Of a stretch of 64,000 bases of DNA, positions 10,401 through 20,706 are shown piece by piece. Within the stretch, counting starts at the first letter, position 1; each line of letters begins with the position of its first letter. Origin of the DNA: Cyanobacteria bacterium P01_D01_bin.156 (GTDB lineage: Bacteria; Cyanobacteriota; Cyanobacteriia; Phormidesmidales; Phormidesmidaceae); the NCBI GenBank assembly GCA_039024555.1, contig JBCCQQ010000030.1, positions 1 through 64,000 on the forward strand, in the 5' to 3' direction. The position numbers and the translations under genes were made by a program. The notes under the pieces were generated by a model that saw only the letters and a list, made by a program, of their open reading frames with translations, was not told the origin of the DNA and made no database searches.

Positions 10401-10512
10401 TAGAGACGTTGGCATCTAGAACAGTGGGTAAACCATAGATACCGTGGCTGACTCGTAAAGCTATCCATGCCCATAGACTCAGACGTTTTGGCAGGGGGGC
10501 TTTAATAGTTAA

Positions 10513-10857
10513 CTAGAGAAACCGAATGATCAATGGATACTTAAACGGACTGTCTGCATTATTAAAGCTTCTTAAAATTGCTAGAACCGGCATCACCCAT
10601 TGAAAAATCAGTAGAGGAATGACAAACAACCAGCCAATGAGCAACCAGCATAAAATGCCAACGATAAAGCTATAAATCCAGACGTTTAGGTGAAAGTTCA
10701 GTGCTTCTTTGGAGTTTTCCTTCACAACTGGATCATCGGAAATAATCCATAGCGCGAATGGAATGCCGGCTGAAAATAAAAGCTGGCTCAAAAAGATAGA
10801 CCCGTGGGATAGGGCCGATAAAAGTTTGCGCTTATCGCTATCAAACGTTGCATCCAT
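10513..10857 (-). CDS. DUF4870 (Tic20-like) small membrane protein
   Basis: LSALSHGS...KEALNFH...YPLIIRFL, three hydrophobic segments. Confidence 0.8.
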   Translation of the reverse strand: MDATFDSDKRKLLSALSHGSIFLSQLLFSAGIPFALWIISDDPVVKENSKEALNFHLNVWIYSFIVGILCWLLIGWLFVIPLLIFQWVMPVLAILRSFNNADSPFKYPLIIRFL

Positions 10858-11045
10858 GATGTGATAGTCCTTTCTTTTGCTGTGACTTCATGGTAATCGA
10901 CACCTTAACTGAGACCGTTAGGGAAAACCGTAGTCGGTACCAGTCAAAGAACTGACCCCATTGTAATCGTCCTTACCAGATAGAAAACAAAGCTCCCTCG
11001 CCCCACAATTACAATAGGAAAATAATGAGCTTATAAAGCCAAATA

Positions 11046-11136
11046 ACCGTTGCTGATTTAGAGGCTGAAACGATCTGTAAAACTGGCCAATTGTCTAGGT
11101 TTGACAGGTAAAATCATGCCGAGGATCAGCAAGGCC
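11046..11136. mobile_element. 91-bp MITE, copy A
   Basis: Ends ACCGTTGCTGAT / ATCAGCAAGGCC; perfect 8-bp direct repeat GCCAAATA at 11038-11045 and 11137-11144; similar copies at 35518 and 38743. Confidence 0.85.
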
Positions 11137-11160
11137 GCCAAATAGAAAGGATAGGAACTG

Positions 11161-11550
11161 ATGGAAATCAAACGCTTGGGGCATGTGGCCATCTGTGTAG
11201 ACGACATTGCTGCGGCTGCTAAGTTTTATCAAAACCTAGGGATGAAGCTAGTGTGGCAGGACAGTGACTGGGCTTACTTAAAAGCAGGCAACGACGGTCT
11301 GGCGTTGCTCAGTCCAGACTACGATCAGGCCGGTCCTCACTTTGGCTTTGTGTTTGATCAACGTTCAGCCATTGATGAGGCCTATGCAAAACTCAGTCAA
11401 GAAGATATCAAACTGACCGAAATTCATGAGCATCGCGACGGGACTGCATCCTTCTATGGTCGCGATCCATTTGGTAATTGGTTTGAATATCTGTACGAAC
11501 CCAGTGAGAGCAGCAGTTCTAAAAGCCAAGAAACAGAACTCGTTGCTTGA
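11161..11550 (+). CDS. VOC/glyoxalase family protein
   Basis: LGHVAICV, PHFGF, FYGRDPFGNWFE. Confidence 0.85.
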   Translation: MEIKRLGHVAICVDDIAAAAKFYQNLGMKLVWQDSDWAYLKAGNDGLALLSPDYDQAGPHFGFVFDQRSAIDEAYAKLSQEDIKLTEIHEHRDGTASFYGRDPFGNWFEYLYEPSESSSSKSQETELVA

Positions 11551-11562
11551 GGCATAATACCC

Positions 11563-12186
11563 TCACAGAGAGGATATCTCTGTGCTCTGATGCTCGGAGC
11601 AGTCTAACCGAAGATCCCCGTCGCCAAACGGGGCATCCACTAAGTTACAGTGATGAGGCCGACGGCGGTCTTCGTAGATATGGGCTCTGAAGTGACTACA
11701 GGTAACACACATCCGTGATACGGGAATTTTCTCCTGTTCCTGCAATTTGTGAATCATTTTAGTCAGCCCTCTAAAAAAGATGGTTTGTTCTTCTTCGGAG
11801 AGCTCCTCCACAGCACCCAGCAAAAAATCTGGCCAACTCGCAGCTTGCATTGCCTGTTTTTGTCCCTCAGGCGTAAGCTGAATAGCAATGGCCCGTCGAT
11901 CGTCGGCAGCTCTTTCCCGAGAGACTAGCCCCTTCTTTACGAGGGATGAGACCGCATCACTGGCAGTGGCGGCACTGGTGGCTAAGCCTTGAGCCACCGT
12001 TGATAACCGCATACCCGTGGGAGAATGGGTCTGTAAGAGCGCTAAAATTTGACCTTGGGTCGGAGTCAGGCCTTGGGATTCTGCCCCCTGCCAAGACTGA
12101 CTCCGTAAAGCAACACCAATTTTAGAGAGCCCCGTAATTACTCGTTGAGTGATGGGGGCGTTGAGGGTGTCAAAGGGATTGTCCAT
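11563..12186 (-). CDS. MarR-family regulator with a C-terminal Cys/His-rich domain
   Basis: Winged HTH (LTPTQGQIL...DRR...LTPEG) plus CVTC...HHC...DC.EH tail. Confidence 0.85.
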   Translation of the reverse strand: MDNPFDTLNAPITQRVITGLSKIGVALRSQSWQGAESQGLTPTQGQILALLQTHSPTGMRLSTVAQGLATSAATASDAVSSLVKKGLVSRERAADDRRAIAIQLTPEGQKQAMQAASWPDFLLGAVEELSEEEQTIFFRGLTKMIHKLQEQEKIPVSRMCVTCSHFRAHIYEDRRRPHHCNLVDAPFGDGDLRLDCSEHQSTEISSL

Positions 12187-12357
12187 TGAGCCTATTGGTG
12201 AGCAGCAGTGGGTTGGAATGCTTGGTCAAGCATCGAAGTAACGTCAGCTTCAGACTTATGTCCAAACCATTGTGCCAGGATAGTAGAGGTCTCATCAAAT
12301 AGTATCCAAGAGGGAGTTCCCTGACGTTGATTGATACGAAAACGATGTGAGTTTTAA

Positions 12358-12409
12358 GGGCGTCTATAGCAAACCGGTGAATGCGTTCAACAGTTTGCTA
12401 TAGACGCCC
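12358..12409. terminator. Hairpin between the secreted-protein gene and the MarR gene
   Basis: 17-bp perfect arms GGGCGTCTATAGCAAAC / GTTTGCTATAGACGCCC, 10 nt after the stop at 12420. Confidence 0.65.
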
Positions 12410-12419
12410 AAATGGTGAG

Positions 12420-13163
12420 CTAATGGGATTCCACGGTATAGGGCAAGCTCAAATTGCCTGAGGCCACGCTGTATACCGCGTAAACTCCTAATAGTGGGCG
12501 GTCTGAATCTGAAGTATTGACCTCCATATAGGCTGTGACACCATCAAAGTTAAATTCGGTAATATGGTTGACTCTTTGGGCAGGGACCAAAACCCTCAGG
12601 GTTTCGTCATCAGTGACAACCGAGAAGCCAGGAGAGTCCATATACATGGGCATACCAGGGTTTGTGGGCGGTAGCACCACGCTAGAATTGTCTTTTGCAA
12701 ATTCCAGAACGGATAGGCCACCAGGCACTCGCTCATCGGGAGCTAGAACAACCCAGTGGGGGTGCCAAACAACACCATCATTGGCGTAATCGCGATCGTT
12801 ATCCTCATCCCAGAGAGGAGTGTCGTCGAAGTCGGGGTGCGAGGTAACGGCTAAAGCAACAATACCGTCGGTGGCACTAAAACCCACATCTTCAGGAGAG
12901 AGTGTAGTGGGGAAAACATATCCCAACACAGGCGCGCCATTTAGCTGACCAGCCGCTGAAGGGATGCTGCTACCAGCTGTTCCCTTTAACGTTTGCTCAA
13001 ACACTAAAAGGTCTAAATCTCGTAAGTACTGTACCTGAGCAGATTGAATTTCCAGGGCGGGTGACTGCTCGACAGGCTGTACTGGCTGGGCATAAGAAAT
13101 ATTGGCAAAACCAATGACTGCAGCTGCGATCGCAGCGAACAAACATGTAGAACGAAGCATCAT
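12420..13163 (-). CDS. Secreted hypothetical protein with HPDFDDTP and WHPHW motifs
   Basis: Signal peptide, 247 aa, RBS-like GAGG upstream; function not recognised. Confidence 0.75.
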   Translation of the reverse strand: MMLRSTCLFAAIAAAVIGFANISYAQPVQPVEQSPALEIQSAQVQYLRDLDLLVFEQTLKGTAGSSIPSAAGQLNGAPVLGYVFPTTLSPEDVGFSATDGIVALAVTSHPDFDDTPLWDEDNDRDYANDGVVWHPHWVVLAPDERVPGGLSVLEFAKDNSSVVLPPTNPGMPMYMDSPGFSVVTDDETLRVLVPAQRVNHITEFNFDGVTAYMEVNTSDSDRPLLGVYAVYSVASGNLSLPYTVESH

Positions 13164-13179
13164 AATAGCCTCTTTTTTG

Positions 13180-13238
13180 TTTAGGATTCCTAATTATTTG
13201 AACTCCTAAATAATGAATGCACTTTTTGAAAATGTCAA
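13180..13238 (-). promoter_or_regulatory. Sigma70-type promoter with adjacent palindromic operator
   Basis: Minus strand TTGACA (13238-13233), 17 nt, CATTAT (13215-13210); palindrome TTAGGATTCCTAA at 13181-13193 and a further half-site TCCTAAAT at 13204-13211. Confidence 0.6.
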
Positions 13239-13560
13239 TAGGTTTCTGTCAGCATTGCTACCAGCAGCTTACGTGTCGTTTTTTCAAATCCATGAGCTAT
13301 GGGCGATGCGGTCATAGGTATCAAAACCAGACCAACGTGACTGGCCCAGACTGTTCTTTTGCCGGTACTGATTTGGCGTATGAAACGAGCCACAAAATAG
13401 ACTATGGATTAGCATCCTTTGCAAAAAGTCATGCCGGGGAGCAGCAACGCCGTTCTTTTGATCAAGCTAGATGCTACTGCCTCCTCTTCAACGCTTCTTG
13501 AACAAGTAAAGAAAGCACGTATTCTAGAAGAGTTACCTTCACACTAGCGTTGCCCTTGCT

Positions 13561-14775
13561 ATGCGTTTACTGATTGCCCTCATCTTAAGCTTGGTTTGCT
13601 GGCTAGCACCTGCTGTAGTTCCTAGGGGCAGTCTGTTTCCTGCCGTTGCCATGGCTGTAGAAATATCTCCTGAGGCAGCATTATCTCGACTGTTTACTGC
13701 ATCTGAGGTGCGAGCAAGCTGGTTTGCCAACAGTTTTTTGTCTCAGATATCCCTGGGGCAGATTGAGCAGATTTTACAGGGAATAGTGGCTAGTATGGGC
13801 CGCTATCAAGATGTGAGTGCTGTTGATGATCAGTATTTGCTAATGTTTGAAAAGGGCACTGTTCCAGCCCGCATTGTTCTTAATTCAGCCGGACAAATCA
13901 CCGGGCTGCTATTTGAGCCTCCCCAGATTGCCGCCCTAGAGGATCTAGGTAGTCTGAAAACGTCTTTTGCTGAGCTTCCCGGTGAGGTAAGTGTTCTCAT
14001 GCTCAAAGACGGTGCTGAATTATTCAGCCTCAATGTGGATCGGCCCTTAGCGGTTGGGTCTGCCTTCAAGCTCTTGATTTTACAGGTTCTACAACAACAG
14101 ATCGAGGTTGGGCAACATCGTTGGGATGAGGTGGTGCAGTTACAGGATGCCTATCGCAGTTTGCCCAGCGGTCGTCTACAGGACTGGCCAACGGATACAC
14201 CGCTAACGGTGCAAAGTTTAGCTACGATGATGATTTCGGAAAGTGATAATACTGCAGCAGATCACCTGTTGGCATTGGTGGGTAAGGATGCGGTAGAGAC
14301 ATTGTCAGGGCGAAACCGTCCGTTTCTTTCTACGCGAGAGTTTTTCTTGCTGAAGGATCCTCAAAATCAGAAATTGTTGAATCGCTATCGTCAGGGAACA
14401 GAACGAGAACGACGGGGCGTGCTCAAGGCAATTGCTAACCTACCACTGCCAGGAGTCAATATTTTTAACAATGGACCGTTGGCATTGGATGTGGAGTGGT
14501 TTATGACTGGGCAGGAACTGTGCGATGCGATCGCAACCATTGCCAGTTTGCCTCCAATGCAGGTCAACCCTGGTCTAGCCAATCCTAGAGACTGGCAGCG
14601 AATCGCGTTTAAGGGAGGGTCTGAGCCAGGTGTGGAAAACTTTACGACTGATTTAATGGATGCCGATGGCCATCACTACTGTGCTGTGGCAACCTGGAAT
14701 AACCCTAGCGGTATTGATGAACTCCAGTTCTCTAGTCTCTACCGCACAGCGCTTTTATCCCTCCAAAAGCAGTAG
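13561..14775 (+). CDS. Exported serine hydrolase (class A beta-lactamase-like)
   Basis: SxxK (GSAFK), SDN and KGG motifs; N-terminal signal sequence. Confidence 0.85.
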   Translation: MRLLIALILSLVCWLAPAVVPRGSLFPAVAMAVEISPEAALSRLFTASEVRASWFANSFLSQISLGQIEQILQGIVASMGRYQDVSAVDDQYLLMFEKGTVPARIVLNSAGQITGLLFEPPQIAALEDLGSLKTSFAELPGEVSVLMLKDGAELFSLNVDRPLAVGSAFKLLILQVLQQQIEVGQHRWDEVVQLQDAYRSLPSGRLQDWPTDTPLTVQSLATMMISESDNTAADHLLALVGKDAVETLSGRNRPFLSTREFFLLKDPQNQKLLNRYRQGTERERRGVLKAIANLPLPGVNIFNNGPLALDVEWFMTGQELCDAIATIASLPPMQVNPGLANPRDWQRIAFKGGSEPGVENFTTDLMDADGHHYCAVATWNNPSGIDELQFSSLYRTALLSLQKQ

Positions 14776-14830
14776 GTTTACAATTTCAGCATAAATAAAA
14801 ATTAAAACCAACCATGTCAAAAAAACTCCT

Positions 14831-15505
14831 ATGGCTGAAGATAACTCTATTGATTACCTAGATAGACTGCTAACACAGTATGGAGAGAAACTACAGCGGT
14901 TTCGAAGGTCTTTCACACTACTTCTGGTAGGAACACTTGTGTTTTTCTTTCTCATTTTTGTTCCTTACATTACCCTCATCGGCAATCAGGCAGACTGTCC
15001 CACTAGCGAGCCTAACTGTCGACAGACCCAACAACTACAGGTTGAGCAGAGAGTCACAGAGGTAACTAGCAACTGGGGGAATATTCCCGTATCCACGTCC
15101 GAGTTAGTCATTTTCTTTCCGACAGCTGTTGCCTGTGGGTTTATAGCCACAACATCTCAACTCAATGGCCTCATCCGTTTACGTCGGGCAATTGATCAAC
15201 AAATCAACAGCTCTGAAGAGAGCTGTATGGATAGCACCCTACTTGCCCCTGTCTTAATTGATCCAAAGCACAGCTTATTCAACCAACTTGTGGGAGCTTT
15301 GGTTATATCCTTTCCAGCTGCCGTTGTCGGTTACTCTATCAACCTGCTATTAAGAAGTTTAACAAGCGTTAAAGGAAAGCTTCCCTATTTTCAGGCTCAG
15401 TCCTTTTACTATGGAATGTATACCCTTACCGCCGTTCTAACCCTGTACGGATTGGCCCAGATAGGATTGGCCCTTGTCCGTAATCAGAATGGTGACAGAA
15501 CGTAA
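14831..15505 (+). CDS. Hypothetical membrane protein
   Basis: 224-aa ORF with about four hydrophobic segments. Confidence 0.6.
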   Translation: MAEDNSIDYLDRLLTQYGEKLQRFRRSFTLLLVGTLVFFFLIFVPYITLIGNQADCPTSEPNCRQTQQLQVEQRVTEVTSNWGNIPVSTSELVIFFPTAVACGFIATTSQLNGLIRLRRAIDQQINSSEESCMDSTLLAPVLIDPKHSLFNQLVGALVISFPAAVVGYSINLLLRSLTSVKGKLPYFQAQSFYYGMYTLTAVLTLYGLAQIGLALVRNQNGDRT

Positions 15506-15586
15506 CGGCGCTAGGTCTCAGATCTGTGGATATGCTTTCCTGTCAATCAACTGTCCCTTTAAAAAGCCTCTCATATCAGAGCAAAG

Positions 15587-15598
15587 CGGTATAGACTG
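15587..15598. promoter_or_regulatory. Candidate PhnF/HutC-type operator
   Basis: CGGTATAGACTG contains the HutC-subfamily core GTNTANAC, about 80 nt upstream of phnF. Confidence 0.45.
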
Positions 15599-15678
15599 TA
15601 ATCGACAATAAATCCCAGGAACGATTTAGTTCTATCGCCTAAGTAAAGGCATGTAAGCAACGGATCATAATCGAGACA

Positions 15679-16416
15679 ATGCCTCAAGATGCCCGACCTC
15701 TCTACCTACAAATTGCCGATGAGCTACGTCGAAACATTGAGGAATCTGTATTTACTGTAGGGGACCAGTTACCCCCTGAACTAGAACTTAGCAAACGGTT
15801 TGGTGTTCATCGTCATACCCTACGCCGTGCTGTAGAAATTTTACGGCAAGAAGGCATTGTTGATGTAGAGCGCGGACGCGGCACATTTGTGGTGGCTCCC
15901 ATTGCTCTACCCATTGGTAAACGTGTTCGCTTTAATAAGGCCCTCAAGGCCCAGTCCCTTGCATTGACCTGGGAAGTTCTTAAAATTGTTGAAATTAAAG
16001 CTGACTCTAAGCTATCCCAGCGGCTCGAAATTGGATTGGGGGCTTCAGTTATCTTATTTGAACGGCTATCAATGGTTGATGAGTTGCCCATTGACATCAG
16101 CAGTAGTCATTTCCCTGGTGAGCAGTTTCCTGACCTGGCAACTCATTGCGAAACCTACCGCTCCATCTCTACAATGCTGTTTCAAGAGTATGGCTGCGAC
16201 CATTTACGTCGTTCAACCAGGCTTTCGGCTCGGCTCGCTCGCCCACGGGATGCACGGCTACTCAAAATGCCTGCCAATAGTCCTATCTTATTATCGGAGT
16301 CTATTAATGTAGATCAAGCAGGCACGGTTATTGAATATGGGGTCACACGATTTCGTGGCGATCGCATGGAGCTGGTTATGGAGCAAGATTTAGAGAGTTT
16401 AAAGTCAGAGACCTAG
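15679..16416 (+). CDS. phnF: GntR/HutC-family regulator, PhnF-like
   Basis: GntR HTH plus UTRA domain; IGKRVRFN and IEYGVTRFRGDRMEL are typical of PhnF. Confidence 0.8.
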   Translation: MPQDARPLYLQIADELRRNIEESVFTVGDQLPPELELSKRFGVHRHTLRRAVEILRQEGIVDVERGRGTFVVAPIALPIGKRVRFNKALKAQSLALTWEVLKIVEIKADSKLSQRLEIGLGASVILFERLSMVDELPIDISSSHFPGEQFPDLATHCETYRSISTMLFQEYGCDHLRRSTRLSARLARPRDARLLKMPANSPILLSESINVDQAGTVIEYGVTRFRGDRMELVMEQDLESLKSET

Positions 16417-16435
16417 ACCAAGCAGCACATACGAG

Positions 16436-17215
16436 CTAAACATAACGGGTCAAACCGATGCGATAGCGCTGTTTCTTCGTAATCATAACCTCCCCAATTT
16501 CCAAGCGTCCCTTGCCACGAATGGCGACTAAATCCCCTGCCTTCAGAGCATAGCTAGCTTGGGAAGTTGTTTTCCAATTAACCCGCACATCACCTTTAGT
16601 AATCATGTCTGCCATTTTGCTGCGAGACATGCCAAAGCCTGCTGAAGCAACTGCATCTAAACGCATGGATGCTTCTACTGTTGTCATTTCCTTCTTTTTG
16701 GGTTCTCGTACCCGCAGCTCATTCCATTCGATGGATCGTGTTTTGACCGTTACCGAACGAACCTGATTTAGGCTCATTTCCAAGAACTCAACCAGTTCAG
16801 GAACAACAATAATTTGAGCCCCTCGCTCCCCCAATACGATAATGTCACCGACTTTTTCCCGAACAATGCCGGTCCCCAAAAGTGCTCCTAAAAAATCTCG
16901 GTGAGTGGCTGTGTCAAACAAAAAGTTACCGGCTACGCTTAATAGAGCTAGGGGAAGCTCTTGACCTTCTAAAGGAATTTCGGCTCGCGCAATGGTCATC
17001 CGTTGCCGCTCAGCCTGGGGATAGCCGCCCTGAGCCTGGGTATGAATATCAGCAAGCCGGTTAAACATCGCCTCAGCTTCGTAGAATGCTGGCGGGGATA
17101 GAAAATCGGTCGTCACTGGCTCCCATGTGCGGATAGCCTGATCCGCTTGGTCAATAATACGGGTCAAGGTTTCAACGTTTTCTACTCCCTTGAGTAGGTT
17201 ATCTTTTGGCAGCAT
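16436..17215 (-). CDS. Photosystem II S4-domain (YlmH-like) RNA-binding protein
   Basis: GGYPQAER, HRDFLGA, C-terminal S4 domain RLDAVASAGFGMSRSK. Confidence 0.88.
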   Translation of the reverse strand: MLPKDNLLKGVENVETLTRIIDQADQAIRTWEPVTTDFLSPPAFYEAEAMFNRLADIHTQAQGGYPQAERQRMTIARAEIPLEGQELPLALLSVAGNFLFDTATHRDFLGALLGTGIVREKVGDIIVLGERGAQIIVVPELVEFLEMSLNQVRSVTVKTRSIEWNELRVREPKKKEMTTVEASMRLDAVASAGFGMSRSKMADMITKGDVRVNWKTTSQASYALKAGDLVAIRGKGRLEIGEVMITKKQRYRIGLTRYV

Positions 17216-17542
17216 AGGCAAACAGGGTACGATTCGTTACTTATATAGCTTGGCGCACATGATGCTCTACGCCAACTATTCTTTAAGGTTCACTATCTTT
17301 ACGGCGACAGCTTACCGAAAATAACTTGTATAGGAACACTCTTCCTACAAGTCTCGAATTGATCCGGTTTAGGGGTGAGTGCCGAAATATTTACCAATTG
17401 TCTATGATGCTAATTACGACATCGCTCCTCTTATTCTGATGACGGCAGCAGGCTAAGACCAGGGTTCTGACAATCTTTTTGAACCCTGGTTTAATAGCTG
17501 CACCATTCATGCCGAGAAGCAACAACGTTCACAAAAACTGCA

Positions 17543-18184
17543 CTAAGCTGCAGAGGCTGGGGTACGATCTTTTTTAGCATAAACGTTTTTCAAATGCTTC
17601 TTGACGGTATTCTCTGAGATGAACAGTGTTTTGGCAATTTCCTTGTAGCTATATTCCAACCGCTTAAGACGCCATACATCAGTCTCACGATTCGTTAGCC
17701 CATAGCGTTGGGCTTCTTGATTGGCCATTGCTATTAAAGACCGTTGACGGTTCTCCAATGTAATTAGAAAACAATCTGTTGATTGGTAATCATCATTTTC
17801 CCAATCAAACCACTGGGCTCTGACATAAATAGTCCCATGCTTTGTGAGAATCTCATTCTCTAAGACAACCATTGTGTCGTCAGGAAAGAGCTCGGCGTGG
17901 GTGTCGTGATTTTCTAGTAGACTTTGGCAGCTTTGCCAAAGGGATTGGGGCAGGTTAGTCGCTGACTGTACAGACATCTCTGCTAGCAAAGTTTGGGCAT
18001 GTTTGTTGCAATGTAGTATTTTGTTGTCGCGAGCAACAATCATTAAACCGACGGTAAAATTTTCAATCGCAGCTATCAGCAAAGCTGCCTGCATGTCTGG
18101 AGATTTGGGTTGGGTAGGAGGAACGGGGGTGGCCAGTGTGGTTGTTGCAGACGTTAGGTGAGCGGGTTGAGGCTGAGGGACCAT
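17543..18184 (-). CDS. LuxR-family HTH regulator with a PAS-like N-terminus
   Basis: GLTNRETDVW...YKEIAKTLFISENTVKKHLKN. Confidence 0.85.
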   Translation of the reverse strand: MVPQPQPAHLTSATTTLATPVPPTQPKSPDMQAALLIAAIENFTVGLMIVARDNKILHCNKHAQTLLAEMSVQSATNLPQSLWQSCQSLLENHDTHAELFPDDTMVVLENEILTKHGTIYVRAQWFDWENDDYQSTDCFLITLENRQRSLIAMANQEAQRYGLTNRETDVWRLKRLEYSYKEIAKTLFISENTVKKHLKNVYAKKDRTPASAA

Positions 18185-18449
18185 AGCTGAAGAAACGTAG
18201 TCGGCAGTAAGAGCTGAAATTCGTTGACTGTGCTGTGGACATTTAGGGAATCGTACAAATCACTGAGCTAAGTTAGTGGAAAATACGGATGCCTATGGTT
18301 AATTAACACAGGGTTAGTTGTATAGACTCCGTATGAATCTGTGACAGTTCAGGCAGCGGCATAAATCAACTTTACTTGATGCAACTTATACGATTTCTTT
18401 AGTTTAGCGATGTGGCATGCTGTAGGGGCAATGCTTTGGTAGATTATCG

Positions 18450-18959
18450 GTGTACGTTTTTACTCAAAAAAAATCGTCAGCATTGGCGCCAACGTTGACG
18501 TTGGCACTAACAGCTGAGGAACGCACCCGTTCTAGATATCGCTACAGATTTTCTGATGAGATTACGGATAACAATCTGATTCTTAGCGCAGCTGGGTCCC
18601 GTTCTAAACTGTCGCAAAGTTCCTGTGATCTATATATAGAGATGCCTAGAGGGAGTGTGCTACAACATGGGGATCGCCTCAGTGGCGAGGGACATCAACA
18701 GATACTACAGATTGTGGCTAAACCTGAAGCTGTGTTAACGGTACGAGCTCGTGATCAACTTTCATTGACTTCTCTGCAACTGATGCGGGCGGCTTATCAT
18801 TTGGGTAATCGGCATGTGGCTCTGGAGGTAGGACCAGACTATTTGCGGTTAGCGCCTGATCCGGTATTAGAATCTATGCTGCACCAGCTGGGGGTAACGG
18901 TCACAGCTGAAACTATGCCATTTCAACCGGAGTCGGGGGCCTATGGCCATCACCATTGA
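18450..18959 (+). CDS. ureE: Urease accessory protein UreE
   Basis: [21 protein letters not shown]. Confidence 0.92.
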   Translation: MYVFTQKKSSALAPTLTLALTAEERTRSRYRYRFSDEITDNNLILSAAGSRSKLSQSSCDLYIEMPRGSVLQHGDRLSGEGHQQILQIVAKPEAVLTVRARDQLSLTSLQLMRAAYHLGNRHVALEVGPDYLRLAPDPVLESMLHQLGVTVTAETMPFQPESGAYGHHH

Positions 18960-19623
18960 TCAGCAGGCACTACTCAAGCTACTGCAGCTCACAAGTCCAG
19001 CCCTACCTGTAGGCGCTTTTAGCTATTCGGAGGGGCTAGAAACCCTGGTGATACAAGGACGGTTGACTGACAGTGCCGGTTTATACACTTGGCTGATGCA
19101 GGAGCTACGTTATGGTGGCGTGCGTTTAGACGCTGCGATCGCACACCGTGCCCATCAAAATCTGCACACCGTTGACCAGCTTGCCTACTGGAATCATTGG
19201 CTGACCGCCAGTCGCGACACCGCTGAACTCCGCCAGCAGAGCTGGCAAATGGGGCGGGCCCTTGTACGTCTGGTTCAACAGCTTCACCCTGAACTACAGG
19301 TGCTTTTTGATGCCTGTGGCACGCCTTGCAACTTTGCCATTGCCTTTGGCATTACTGCCGCCCACTGGCACATTGAGGCTCCCACTATGGTTTTGGGATA
19401 CTTACACAGCTGGGCCGCTAACCTGATTGGCGCAGCGGTTAAACTGGTCCCCCTGGGACAGACCGAAGGGCAAAGCTGCCTGTTAAAGCTCGTTCCCGAG
19501 TTGACGACAGCGGCAGAGCAGATCATCCAACTGCAGGACGATAACCTATATATAAGTGGGTGGGGCAGTGCGATCTCCAGCATCCAGCACGAAACCCTCT
19601 ACAGCCGTTTATTTCGCAGTTAA
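18943..19623 (+). CDS. ureF: Urease accessory protein UreF
   Basis: [16 protein letters not shown]...[11 protein letters not shown]. Confidence 0.94.
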   Translation: MAITIDQQALLKLLQLTSPALPVGAFSYSEGLETLVIQGRLTDSAGLYTWLMQELRYGGVRLDAAIAHRAHQNLHTVDQLAYWNHWLTASRDTAELRQQSWQMGRALVRLVQQLHPELQVLFDACGTPCNFAIAFGITAAHWHIEAPTMVLGYLHSWAANLIGAAVKLVPLGQTEGQSCLLKLVPELTTAAEQIIQLQDDNLYISGWGSAISSIQHETLYSRLFRS

Positions 19624-19757
19624 AAGAGGGAATGCGCCGGGCCTAAGCAGTTCTTGCGTTTTGCGCGCTAGGGAGGCGTTCTTTAAATTTCTCTAGCCAA
19701 TATCATCCAGTACTTTTACCAAGGGGTATGGTTATCTAACCTCGCAGTGGACAAACG

Positions 19758-19800
19758 TGCCCATTGCCCATTGCCCATTGCCCGGTGGGCTGTGCCCACC
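19758..19800. repeat. Heptamer tandem repeat (TGCCCAT x3.7) plus a short palindrome, STRR/REP-like
   Basis: TGCCCATTGCCCATTGCCCATTGCCC followed by GGTGGGCTGTGCCCACC. Confidence 0.7.
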
Positions 19801-19808
19801 CGATGCCC

Positions 19809-20435
19809 ATGCCCTCTTCCCCCTATCGTGTTGGTGTTGCTGGTCCGGTTGGTTCCGGCAAAACCGCTCTCGTAGATGCCCTCTGTAAATCCATGCGCGA
19901 TCTCTACTCCATCGCCGTGGTTACCAATGACATCTATACCCAAGAAGACGCTCAATTTTTGGTACGTAGTCAGGCCCTCCTGGACCATAACCGGATTGTC
20001 GGTGTTGAAACCGGTGGTTGTCCCCACACCGCTATTCGTGAAGACGCTTCTCTAAACCTAGTGGCCATCGAAGATTTAGAAGACCGTTTTGAGAACCTGG
20101 AGCTGATTTTTGTCGAAAGCGGTGGCGATAACCTGGCTGCCACATTTAGCCCGGAACTAGTAGATTTGACCCTATATGTAATCGATGTATCGGCTGGCGA
20201 TAAGATTCCTCGCAAGGGAGGCCCTGGCATCACTAAATCAGATTTACTAGTAATTAATAAGATTGATCTCGCCCCGATGGTTGGTGCCGATCTATCCGTC
20301 ATGGAGCGCGACGCAAAAAAGATGCGTGGTTTAAAGCCTTTTGTGTTTACAAATCTAAAGGTCAAACAGGGGTTAGAAACCATTCAAGAATTTATTCAAT
20401 TTCAAGGCCGTTTACCCGTGCCTCATTCTGTTTAG
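19809..20435 (+). CDS. ureG: Urease accessory GTPase UreG
   Basis: [29 protein letters not shown]. Start reassigned from 19764. Confidence 0.95.
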   Translation: MPSSPYRVGVAGPVGSGKTALVDALCKSMRDLYSIAVVTNDIYTQEDAQFLVRSQALLDHNRIVGVETGGCPHTAIREDASLNLVAIEDLEDRFENLELIFVESGGDNLAATFSPELVDLTLYVIDVSAGDKIPRKGGPGITKSDLLVINKIDLAPMVGADLSVMERDAKKMRGLKPFVFTNLKVKQGLETIQEFIQFQGRLPVPHSV

Positions 20436-20561
20436 ACAACTCCCGCCCAAGGTCCCCGGATATCGCTTTTTAAGCCTAACCACTAAGCCGTTTTGTTTAG
20501 ACATCTAGGGTTGGGGATCACAAAGTAAGTTATAGGAAGGAAATCTGTAGAAAATAAAAAA

Positions 20562-20603
20562 GTATCAAGGAATACAATTTTGCCTTTCCCCAGGATTTAA
20601 CAT
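20562..20603 (+). promoter_or_regulatory. NtcA-activated (class II) promoter of the urt operon
   Basis: GTA-TCAAGGAA-TAC (20562-20575), exactly 22 nt, then TAACAT (TAN3T) at 20598-20603. Confidence 0.85.
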
Positions 20604-20706
20604 CACGAAGCGAATAAGTGTATCTACGGCAACTGTGTCAGTTCGTGATGACAGTGGCCGTTTTTAAGATGCCATAGGTGTGTGAGTCTTTAGGAAGGAA
20701 CGCTCA

